Assembly: GCF_964204645.1 (NCBI RefSeq)
Contig: NC_134025.1
Location: forward strand, 1-64,000
DNA from: Tubulanus polymorphus
Lineage: Eukaryota; Animalia; Nemertea
Length of the DNA: 64,000 bases
Reading direction: 5' to 3'
The notes below the pieces were generated by a model. It searched no databases. It was not told the DNA's origin and worked only from the letters and a program-made list of their open reading frames with translations. Positions 28,894-44,907 of this stretch are shown here, in pieces. A program made the position numbers and the translations under genes. Every line of letters begins with the position of its first letter. The first letter of the stretch is position 1.

Positions 28894-31010
28894 TCTGTCC
28901 AAGTAGCTGACTGCCTGTCCGGATAGCTTACTGGATGTCCGGAGAGCTGACTGGATGTCCGGAGAGCTGACTGGATGTCCGGAGAGCTGACTGGATGTCC
29001 GGAGAGCTGACTGGATGTCCGGAGAGCTGACTGGATGTCCGGAGAGCTGACTGGATGTCCGGATAGCTGACTGGATGTCCGGATAGCTGACTGGTTGTCC
29101 GGAGAGCTGACTGGATGTCCGGATAGCTTACTGGATGTCCGGAGAGCTGACTGGATGTCCGGAGAGCTGACTGGATGTCCGGATGGATGTCCAGATAGCT
29201 GACTGTCTGATTAGTAAACCATAGTTATTGTATATTGTAGAGGTGTTTACTGTGCTGCTAGTGTAGCTAAATTACTGAATTTGATAACACCACAATTATT
29301 CGCTGGAACTCCTCAATGGGTGTCCAAGTAAGTTCAACTAATCAATCAAACTGTGTATGAGAGGAGGTGTGTCCACCTGTCAATCAATCAATCAATCGAT
29401 ATTTCAGATGTCAGTCATATGAAGGAGGGTTTTCAGGAGCTCCCGGTTTAGAGGCTCACGGTGGTTACTCATTCTGTGGTTTTGCAGCTCTTTCTATTTT
29501 ACAACAAGAACAATTTTGTAACATCAAAAAACTGTTGGTAAGTGATGGATATTTCCTTAATCGGTTGATATATGGCGTTGTTCGTAACTATGGTTACTAT
29601 CCTGTTTGTTTTCAGCAATGGACGTCAAATCGACACATGTCGTTCGAGGGTGGATTTCAAGGTCGTACGAATAAATTAGTGGATTCATGTTATTCATTTT
29701 GGCAAGGAGGGGTGTTCCCGCTAATTCATCATTCACTGTCTAATCAAGGTACATATACCCATTCAACCTACCCCCCCTCTCAATCCACCAGCCCGGCGTG
29801 TTGTATTAACCCTTTAAATGCCACTCGGTGAGCTAAAATCATATCCCAGAAGTCCAGCCGAATTAGAGTGTGCAAGCCTAACAGTTAGTGGTCGCAGTAA
29901 AAGCCGTCTACAGCAAAAACCGTTAAAAATCATGCATTACAAGTTATGTTTATTTGATTTAGAATTAAATCTAATCTTGGAGTTTCATCATTGGGGTCTA
30001 AATCACTGTCATCTGAATCATTGGGGTTATGATCAGATTCAGAATCATTTGCGGAATCATAATTTATATCCGATTCAGCATCACTATCCTCCGGATTATC
30101 TTCAGCATCCTCAGCATCAGTACCCGATTGATTTCCGGGTTCAAAATCACCGTCTGATTCTCCGGAATGTTCAGATAAATCACTCACTTCAGTATCACTG
30201 TCCATTCTAGTGATTGAATAAACTAACAAAATTGTCTAAATTTACTTGAAGAATTGTTCAAAATCGCCAAAAGTACCTCACAACATCATCATTTTACTCG
30301 AAAAGTTGAATAGTAACGTATATTTTTAAAACCGGAAATGAATTCCTTAGACAAAATTGAGTTGTTATGTACCGGCTGTAATAAATTTCTACGGATTTTG
30401 CGGGTGGTGATGATGTCGGAAAAGACCCGTGATGCTACGGACGCTTACGGGCGCTTCGGACGTCTATTGTCACGGGCGCTTTCGGGCGCTTCGGATTTTA
30501 TAAGGTTAACGGCGTGACGTTTATTTCAGGTGATGATGCTTTAAGTGTTGATCGTTGGATGTTTCATCACAGTGCACTACAGGAGTATATATTAATCTGC
30601 TGTCAGAGATTAGAAGGGGGATTAGTGGATAAACCGGGAAAGTAAGTTAATCCTACAACTATATTTGAGTGTTTAGATAGTGATCTCAGTTTAATGGTGT
30701 TGTTATTTGTTACAGACACGTTGATTACTATCACACATGTTATGCTCTCAGCGGTCTCGCTATAGCTCAACATTTCGACTTTGGAAAACTGCATAGAATT
30801 TATAAAATAGGACACTCCGATAATGAACTGGTATGTCATCAGGATTCCTCGCGATTCCTCATGATTCCTCGCGATTCTTGCTCTGTTTATAATAGGAATG
30901 TATATTGTTTATATTTACAGCACAGAACAAACGCTACTCACAACATTTCACCGAATTCTGTGAATAAAGCTCTCGATTTCTTCCATAAATTACCACAAAT
31001 CTGTCTCTAA
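27069..31010 (+). CDS. FNTB: Protein farnesyltransferase beta subunit, multi-exon
   Basis: CLDASQPWLCYWTLHGLELL; GGFGGGPYQQSHLATTYGAVNAL; FRMHEGGELDVRGVYCA; CQSYEGGFSGAPGLEAHGGYSFCG; FEGGFQGRTNKLVDSCYSFWQGG; GGLVDKPGK.VDYYHTCYALSGL. Confidence 0.95.
27540..27960. repeat. 23-bp minisatellite, FNTB intron
   Basis: AGAGGTCTCCCCATTCCTCCTAG. Confidence 0.93.
28825..29205. repeat. (GGCT)n plus 20-bp minisatellite, FNTB intron
   Basis: GGAGAGCTGACTGGATGTCC. Confidence 0.93.
29806..30509 (-). mobile_element. piggyBac-like internally deleted element in an FNTB intron
   Basis: Bounded by TTAA|CCCTTTAAA ... TTTTATAAGG|TTAA; subterminal CGGGCGCTTCGG repeats; minus-strand ORF 30229-29930 is very D/E/S-rich, like piggyBac transposase N-termini. 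Confidence 0.6.
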
Positions 31011-31243
31011 ATAATCAATAAAATACTATATAATAATCAGAAAATATATCATTGATTGTATCTCTTTGGAGGTTGAACAGGGTAGTCCCGGTTTCGAACC
31101 CAGTAATTGTTGATACTGATTCAGAGTGTGGTCCTGATGCTGAATATAGGATGAACAGGTGTGTCCCAGGTTTGAACCAAGTAATTACTGATGCTGATTC
31201 AGAGTGGTCCTAATGCTGAATAGAGATGTACATGGGTGTGTTG

Positions 31244-32752
31244 ACCGTACGGTGCTGCCGCTATGCTCATCGTTAGCGGGATTTCCATACACTTACTGAA
31301 GTCAACTCTGGCAATCGTCGTGCTGTCCAGTTATACTCCGTAACCCTTGCTTGCCAGAGTTGACTAACCTTAGTGTATCAAAATCCCGCTAGCGATGAGC
31401 ATAGAGGCAGCACCGTACGGTGAAATGTTGATATCTTAACAAAAGTAATTACTGATAACTGATTCAGAGTGATCCTGATGCTGAATAGAGGATGAACAGG
31501 GGTGTCCCGGGTTTAAACCAAGTAATTACTGATGCTGATTCAGAGTGGTCCTAATGCTGAATAGAGATGTACATGGGTATGTTGACCGTACGGTGCTGCC
31601 TCTATGCTCATCGTTAGCGGGATTTCCATACACTTACTGAAGTCAACTCTGGCAATCGTCGTGCTGTCCAGTTATACTCCGTAACCCTTGCTTGCCAGAG
31701 TTGACTTTGCTTAGTGTATGAAAATCCCGCTAGCGATGAGCATAGAGGCAGCACCGTACGGTAAAATGTTGATATGTTAACAAAATTAATTACTGATAAC
31801 TGATTCAGAGCGGCCGTACTGATGCTGAATAATGGAGGATGTACAGGGGTATCCCGGGTTCGAACCCAGTAATTACTGATCCTGATTCAGAGTGGTCCTG
31901 AATACTGAATTGAGGATGTACAGTGGCGTACCGGCCATACGGTGCTGCCTCTATGCTCATCGTTAGCGGGATTTCCATACACTAACTGAAGTCAACTCTG
32001 GCAATCGTCGTGCTGTCCAGTTATACTCCGTAACCCTTGCTTGCCAGAGTTGACTTACCTTAGTGTATGAAAATCCCGCTACCGATGAGCATAGGGGCAG
32101 CACCGTACGGTAAAATGATGATATCTTAACAAAAGTAATTATTGATAACTGATTCAGAGTGGTCCTGATGCTGAATAGAGGATGTACAGGGGTGTCCCGG
32201 GTTTGAACCAAGTAATTACTGATACTGATTCAGAGTGGTCCTGATGCTGAATAGAGGATGAACAGGTGTGCCCCGGGTTTGAACCAAGTAATTACTGATG
32301 CTGGTTCAGAGTGGTCATGCTGAATAGAGGATGAACAGGTGTGCCCCGGGTTTGAACCAAGTAATTACTGATACTGATTCAGAGTGGTCCTGATGCTGAA
32401 TAGAGGATGAACAGGGGTGTCCCGGGTTCGAGAACCAGTAATTACTGATACTGGTTCAGAGTGGTCCTGATGCTGAATAGAGGATGAACAGGTGTGCCCC
32501 GGGTTTGAACCAAGTAATTACTGATGCTGGTTCAGAGTGGTCATGCTGAATAGATGATGTACAGGGGTGTGTTGACCGTACGGTGCTGCCGCTATGCTCA
32601 TCGTTAGCGGGATTTCCATACACTTACTGAAGTCAACTCTGGCAATCGTCGTGCTGGCCAGTTATACTCCGTAACCCTTGCTTGCCAGAGTTGACTAACC
32701 TTAGTGTATGAAAATCCCGCTAGCGATGAGCATAGAGGCAGCACCGTACGGT
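31244..32752. mobile_element. Four copies of a ~178-bp fold-back (MITE-like) unit
   Basis: Copies at 31244-31421, 31585-31762, ~31934-32111, 32575-32752. Arms ACCGTACGGTGCTGCC.CTATGCTCATCGTTAGCGGGATTT / AAATCCCGCTAGCGATGAGCATAGAGGCAGCACCGTACGGT; inner stem AGTCAACTCTGGCAA / TTGCCAGAGTTGACT. Confidence 0.8.
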
Positions 32753-33040
32753 AAAATGTTGATATCTTAACAAAAGTATTACTGATAACTGATTCAGAGT
32801 GGTCCTGATGCTGAATAGAGGATGAACAGGGGTGTCCCGGGTTCGAGAACCAGTAATTACTGATACTGGTTCAGAGTGGTCGTGATGCTGAATAACGGAT
32901 GTACAGGGGTGTCTCGGGACGGGTTCGAACCCGGTAATTGCTGGAACACCCTGATAGTGAATCAATGATGCTAGGATCGACATCTATTGGAAAGTGGCTG
33001 AACTAACTAGTTAGCTGTTACTGTCTTACTAACTACGCTT

Positions 33041-34100
33041 TAAGATAAGATAAGATAAGATAATTTATTACTCTCCAACCATTTCCATGGTACGTGGAGG
33101 AAAAAAAGATTTTGTTTACAAATATTTACATATCGAGAGAAAAATAAAAAATATTTTTAAAACATAACAAGAGTATTTACAATATATACAAATAGAGTGT
33201 ACTATTTACAATTGACAGACTACAGGAGGGATCTATATACATCTAAACCATCTTTTATTAATTGTGCTAATTGAAAATTTGGAGTTTTTAATATATCAAA
33301 GTTTCTAAATGTTTCTAAATTCGGAATGGCATTGCGAAGTTCGGTAAGAATCTTACAATCAAAGAGAAAATGTAATTCATCCCCAAAAACATTGCAGATT
33401 GGACACATTCTTTCGTTTCTAGGTAGATGGAGATTAGAAAATCTATGTACAGGTAATAGGTGGGATCCTATTCTAAACTGAAAAAAACTAAACACAAAAT
33501 TATCATCTAGTTGGTTAATATAATTCTCAAATTTAATATCGTTTTGTATTCCCTGAAATTAATATATAACGGATTATCATTAATTTTGAAAATGGTCTCT
33601 TGTGCATACTGGTCACGTAGTATTTGTCTTACATATTTTGAGAACGCCCTAGAACTTTGCATATATTGTTGCATCCATACATAGGACAGGCCGCAGTCAT
33701 CAAAAGTTTGTTTAATACTGAAAAGCCAAGGACTAGTATATTTGTCATTTAGATACAGATTACAGGAAATTCGATAGAGTATTGCATTAAGCTTAGATTG
33801 TTTGCCAGATACAGTTTTACACCAAAAATTAATCATTCTACGCTTTACTTCAATGAACAAAGGATAACGCCCTAACTCTGCTAACACCGGTAAATTATGA
33901 GAATACTTTGTTACCTTCATTAAAATCTTGCAAAAAAGACAATGAATATTTTCTAATAAGTCTAAATTTTCGTATCCGCAGACCTCGCAACCATACATGG
34001 CAACAGGGGCAACCATACATGGCAACAGGGGCAACCATACATGGCAACAGGGGCAACCATACATGGCAACAGGGGCAACCATACATGGCAACAGGGGCAA
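33041..34100 (-). mobile_element. 5'-truncated, frameshifted non-LTR retrotransposon (RTE-X-like) 3' fragment
   Basis: PVAMYGCEVCG...HCLFCKILMKV...NLPVLAELGRYPL (post-RT region), then RNERMCPICNVFGDELHFLFDC (C-terminal CCHC). Simple-repeat tail (TCTTA)n at 33041-33063; 23-bp tandem duplication at the 5' junction 33987-34100. Confidence 0.85.
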
Positions 34101-35496
34101 CGCACATATCGAAATCACGCTCGCCATCTGGTGGATATAACTGCCATTAAACTGTAGTAACATAAATATCCGCTAGATGGCGAGTGTGATTTCAACACAT
34201 TAAAGAGCAGTCAGTAAGACAGTAAGAGCTAACTAGTTAGTTCAGCCAAATTCCAATAGATGGCAGTCGTGTTAAAAATATAAAATCACCCTCATTTCCT
34301 CTATTAAGCATCAGGACCAATCTGAATCAATATCAGTAATTGCCGGTTTCGATCCCTGCCACTCTGATCAGTATTACTGGGTTCGAACCCAAGACACTCT
34401 ATTCAGCATCAGGACCACTCTGGATCAGTATCAGTAATTACCGGGTTCGAACCCGGGACACCCCTGTACATCCTGTATACAGCATCATCAGTAATTACTG
34501 GGTTCGCGAACCCGGGACACCCCTGTACATCCTCTATTCTCTATGGGCCGCCAACAATAATCATTCATTTCAGGCAAAATTTGTGATAAAATTATTCAAT
34601 TTTTCTTTTATTCAAAAAACGAATTTTACAAATATTATGAATTTTTGTACATACATTATACAATGTACCATAACCATAGAGAGAATTAAATCTGAATCAA
34701 TAATATTGATCTTAAAAATAATTGAAATTATGCAATTAATGGCAAATCAAAGGCTTTGAGCAAATTGATTGATTAATCCTATATTCACTCACCAGGGGGC
34801 AGTAGAATGAGACAGCTATATTGAATACAATGAAGAGACAAAAATTATCATAATCTAAAACAAATCATTTAAAATTCTAAAACAATAATTAAAACTGTTC
34901 AATTTAACTGTAACAGCTTCAAGTTTCTATAGAAACAAAAATTATTTGACGATGAAAATTGCACAGTTATTAATGAAACAAACACCTCGTATTGAAATGA
35001 AATAATTGATTGTAATTTATACTAAATGCCCCTGAAATGACTTTATCTACAGCACTGACACCTATATTCAGAAAAATACACTATATGCAATTTTCTGAAT
35101 ACAACAACAACATAGACTAGTTAAACCTAGACTAACATGGTTTAGACTAGTTAAACCTAGACTAACATGGTTTAGACTAGTTAAACCTAGACTAACATGG
35201 TTTAGACTAGTTAAACCTAGACTAACATGGTTTAGACTGATTAATGACCAACACTGGTTTAGCCTGGTCCTAGCCTAACATGGTTACAAATGTTCCTGGA
35301 CTAACACTGGTTTAGACTGGTCCTAGACTAACGCTGGTTTAGACTGAGTACTAGACTAACAGTGGTTTTAGATAGACTACTCCTAGAGTAACACTGGTTT
35401 AGACTAGCATGTATCCTTTAATCAGCAGTCTTAGTTCAGTGAGGGAGGTTTTCTCCATTTCCCTGTTTCAGTTGATCCACTCCGCAGTGGAATGAT

Positions 35497-40990
<5,494 letters not shown>

Positions 40991-42738
40991 TATTCCAACC
41001 TACATCACTGACTGTGACAGCCAACGCGCACACAGCTGAAATACACAGATCATTATCAACACTACATGCCACAGCCTGCTTGTGTCTATCAACTCATTCT
41101 CAATGGCTAGAGGTTGAGGATAGGGAGATTAACAGGAAGGAGGTGTATGGGGAGGGGGAGTTGGTAAAGAGAGGTCGCAAGGGAAGAGATCACAGGACGG
41201 AGGGAAGTTACACAGAACAGAGGGAGGCCACAGCAAAGAGGTCAAAGGAGAGATGGAGGTCACACAGCATATCAGAGGTCCCCGCAAAGAGGTCAAAGGA
41301 GAGATGGAGGTCATACACAATAAATATATGGAGGTCACTAAACAGATGGTGGTCACACATGATATAAGGAGGTCATGGCAAAAAGGTCAAAGAACCAATG
41401 GAGGTCACACAGCATATCAGAGGTCCCCGCAAAGAGGTCAAAGGAAGTCGGGAGATTGCATAACAAAGGGAGGTCACAACATATATAGGGAGATCACGGG
41501 GCCAGGAGGTCACAAGGATAGGGAGGTCACAAAGATAGGTCACGGGACAGAGGGCGGTCACAGACACAGGGAAGAGAGGTCACACATGACATAAATAATC
41601 AATACGGATTTCGTTTTAGTGAAGTGACCAGGTGACGACGTGGATATGGATTTCTGATAAAAAAATGCGATCCTATTCGATCGTGATCGACGGCCAATGT
41701 GAAGTCATACCAGACCCTCTATATGTGAGCAGTTACTTGAATAGATGATATTCGTATTTACTTGCTAAACTAACAACAGCAGCAGTAGTGGCCAGTGGAG
41801 GTGATGCAGCAGTACCTGCAGCACCCGGTACTGTTCACAACGGGAGCCATTGTAAAATACTGAAACACGACTATACTGCGCGTCAGGTACCTCAGTGCCA
41901 TCCGAAACGTCGATACAGACCGCGAGAGACTTCAGCGCCTCTATAGACATGGCCACGCAACTCTTTCCTTCATCTACACACACATCGGGCCTTTTATGTG
42001 GGATGGATCAAAATAATCTGAATAACCAACAGAAAGAATCCATTCCTCGCAACTCACTCGACTCAAAATAAAACAAACTGAACTAAACTTATATTTATAT
42101 CAACAATTATTATTTATTATTGATGGATATATTTACAAAATAAGCTGAATGGATGTAGAAATAGATTAGACTCGTGTAGCACTGACTGATGACAACAGAG
42201 ACAATTAAAATAATGAGATAAGACTTTATTAAGACTACGAGTCATAAGACTTTAGACTGATGACGCTACGAGTCATAAGACTTTAGACTGATGACTTATT
42301 ATGATTTTAATTTCACCAGTAAACAATAGATGGGGGTACAGTACGAATACAACACAAATATATACAATCACAGATATGAAAAACCTCTCTTTACACGTAT
42401 TATTAAATCACTAATGTTTAATTAAAAATTGTTTTAAATATAATATCATTGATAGCTATCTGAAAAACACATCAAAATACAATATGATATTTCATAAATC
42501 ATTCACATGCACATCGCATCAAAATCTCGATGAGTGAGATATTTATCTAATAAATCTCTAAATAAATGAGAAATTTATCCGATAAATCTCGAGACTGTCG
42601 AAATATTTCTCAGATGAATCTCGGAGCTATCAAGATATGTATCGGATAAATCTCAAAGCTATCGAGATATTCATCGCATAAATCTCAAAGCTATCGAGAT
42701 ATTTATCTCGAAGGTATTATTACTATAGTGAGATTTCA

Positions 42739-44254
42739 TCAATGCGAATTCAATGAAGTTTTTAATCGTTTGCGTTTTAAAGGGGCTCCGTCTGTTTCAG
42801 AACTCTCAGAGTCTGATCCTCCGTCAAACGCCGATATAACACCACCTTTACTGTTAACAGTGTTACTGTTACCGGTAGCAACCTGACCAGTCGCGTATTG
42901 GCCGGTAGTTTTAGCTTTCTCGTACCCTCGAACTGGAAAATCAATAAATCAACAAATAACTGTATAATTAATTCTAAATGTTGTAGTTTTAATGACGTGT
43001 ATTTATAGAACTCACTTTGTTGCTCTAATAAATGATTTTGTTTACGTAAATCATCGATATCTTGTTGATGCGTGTGGTTTTTGCGTCTCATATATTGAAT
43101 ATAATCCGATGCTTTTTTCAGTATTTGCGCTCTCGAAGCCTGAATAATAATTCACAACAATCAGTTCTGTTAATCGTGTCTTAATTCATATTTCTCTTTA
43201 ACTAACCTTTTCTTTGCCATTAACTTTGTCTCCAGCTAATGCAGGAACTGCTTCTCTTAAACTACTAAAACTTTCCTTTATATGATCCCTCCTTTTACGT
43301 TCCAGTGCGTTGTGATGTGCTCGCTTCTCAGCCTGAAGAAAATTGAACAGAAGGATGTGTTACAGTAAGGGGTTAGTCCGGGAAGAGAGCAGCGCGGTCC
43401 GGGAAGGGAGCAGCGTGGTCCGGGAGGGAGCAGTGGAGTCCGGGAAGGGAGCAGCGTGGATGGAGAGGGAGCAGCGCGGTCCGGGAAGAGAGCAGCGCGG
43501 TCCGGGGAGAGAGCAGCGCGGTCTGGGGAGAGAGCAGCGCGGTCCGGGAAGAGAGCAGCGCGGTCCGGGAAGGGAGCAGTGCGGTCCGTGGAGGGAGCAG
43601 CACAGTATGGGGGAGCAGCGCGGTCCGGGGAGGGAGCAGCGTGGTCCGGGAGGGAGCAGTGGAGTCCGGGAAGGGAGCAGCGTGGATGGAGAGGGAGCAG
43701 CGCGGTCCGGGAAGAGAGCAGCGCGGTCCGGGGAGAGAGCAGCGCGGTCCGGGGAGAGAGCAGCGCGGTCCGGGAAGAGAGCAGCGCGGTCCGGGAAGGG
43801 AGCAGTGCGGTCCGTGGAGGGAGCAGCACAGTATGGGGGAGCAGCGCGGTCCGGGGAGGGAGCAGCGTGGTCCGGGAAGGGAGCAGCACAGTTAGGGGAG
43901 GGAGCAGCGCGGTGTGGGGAGGTTTTTGCTTACCTGGGTCATGAATTGAGTAGATGCAGTTGATCCAACTGATATTTCATCATCTTCTTCCTGAAAACAA
44001 ATTGTTCATTCATATTAGTTTGATTGGAATCAGAGGATATCTTCACAACAGGAGTAATCAAAAAGACCCCCCTCAAAATCACCGGTCATATTACTTTGCT
44101 TTGTGTGCTCTTATTTTTACTTTGTTTTTGGGAATTGTATGTGGGGTTATATATTTTTGAGTAGTTGGGACCAGCCGGTGTGGCGGCTATTTCTCTCTGT
44201 TTCAGGAACCCTTACATCACTTTCTACATCGACATCTCTTTCCTCGTCACTCAT
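42739..44254 (-). CDS. MAX: bHLH-Zip protein MAX, 5 exons
   Basis: [13 protein letters not shown]|EEDDE..|[30 protein letters not shown]|[41 protein letters not shown]|IR...[28 protein letters not shown]. Confidence 0.96.
43378..43912. repeat. GC-rich ~21-bp minisatellite with higher-order duplication, MAX intron
   Basis: GGAAGAGAGCAGCGCGGTCCG variants. Confidence 0.93.
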
Positions 44255-44907
44255 TGTAGTCTGTCTCTCAGTGAGGTGAGGTGAGGGAGTTTAGGGTAGT
44301 TTAAAGATGGCCGGTGCTGCTCAGTGACAGTAAAACACACGCGTATTTTCACCCACGTGTATCATCAATATTAATACGCTTATAAACAAATAAATATAAT
44401 TCATCTCAAAATCAATAAATCTTCGCTAAAATATCGTATTTATTTCCATTCAATATTTCATCAAGATTTACGCGCTAAAAACTAGATTTAATAGCGGTAA
44501 AAATGTCATCAGTAAGCGTAGAACTATATTGTGTCGAGAGGAGTAATGCGGTTTGTAGGAATTCTCGAGTATAACGCGGCTGGGCATTGTAAGTTTATAC
44601 GCCTTTATGGGCACAGTTCTAAAGCTGCTGAGGGATACTGCGTGAAAGACTCTGTGCCGTAATGAACACAATTCTCAAGAATTTGCATTAAGCGCGCGAA
44701 AAGTTTAATGCCATAATAAGCATAATTCTAAACCTTAAGAGGATAAGGCGCAACGTAAACGTGCCCGCCATAGACATTCTTCTAAAGACTCTAGAAGTAA
44801 TGCGCGAGATATATAGACGCCTTAATTAGCACTTCTAAAGTATATGGCGGTATGCTCGTGGCGGGTATTATATGCCGTGCCGGGTGTAGCGGGAAGAGTT
44901 GATCAGG
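44255..44907. promoter_or_regulatory. Divergent promoter MAX/PARP1 with E-boxes and a cryptic ~54-bp array
   Basis: Head-to-head starts ~650 bp apart; CACGCG at 44338-44343 and CACGTG at 44354-44359. Confidence 0.6.
44468..44890. repeat. Highly diverged ~54-bp tandem repeat, 6 clear units and probably ~8
   Basis: TTCT(A/C)(A/G)A(G/C) recurs at 44562, 44617, 44672, 44726, 44780, 44833 (spacings 55,55,54,54,53), with GCG, GCC and (G/A)CA blocks at matching offsets. Confidence 0.7.

Larger units (their letters stand above)
31055..34540. mobile_element. Composite repeat: ~75-bp satellite arrays in opposite orientations around a long palindrome; holds four 178-bp hairpins and a LINE insertion
   Basis: Unit GATTCAGAGTGGTCCTGATGCTGAATAGAGGATGTACAGGGGTGTCCCGGGTTCGAACCCAGTAATTACTGATACT repeated 31055-32940; reverse complement 34290-34540; palindrome arms at 32981-33043 and 34110-34264. 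Confidence 0.8.

Noticed and set aside
31840-31880. tRNA gene (GGTTCGAACCC T-loop)
   Set aside because: No A-box or cloverleaf could be built; the motif belongs to the satellite unit.
42040-42230. Operon-like MAX-FUT8 junction
   Set aside because: Explained by MAX poly(A) signals and a downstream U-rich element; no evidence for trans-splicing from sequence alone.
43278-43963. ~200-aa ORFs on both strands
   Set aside because: GC-rich minisatellite within a MAX intron.
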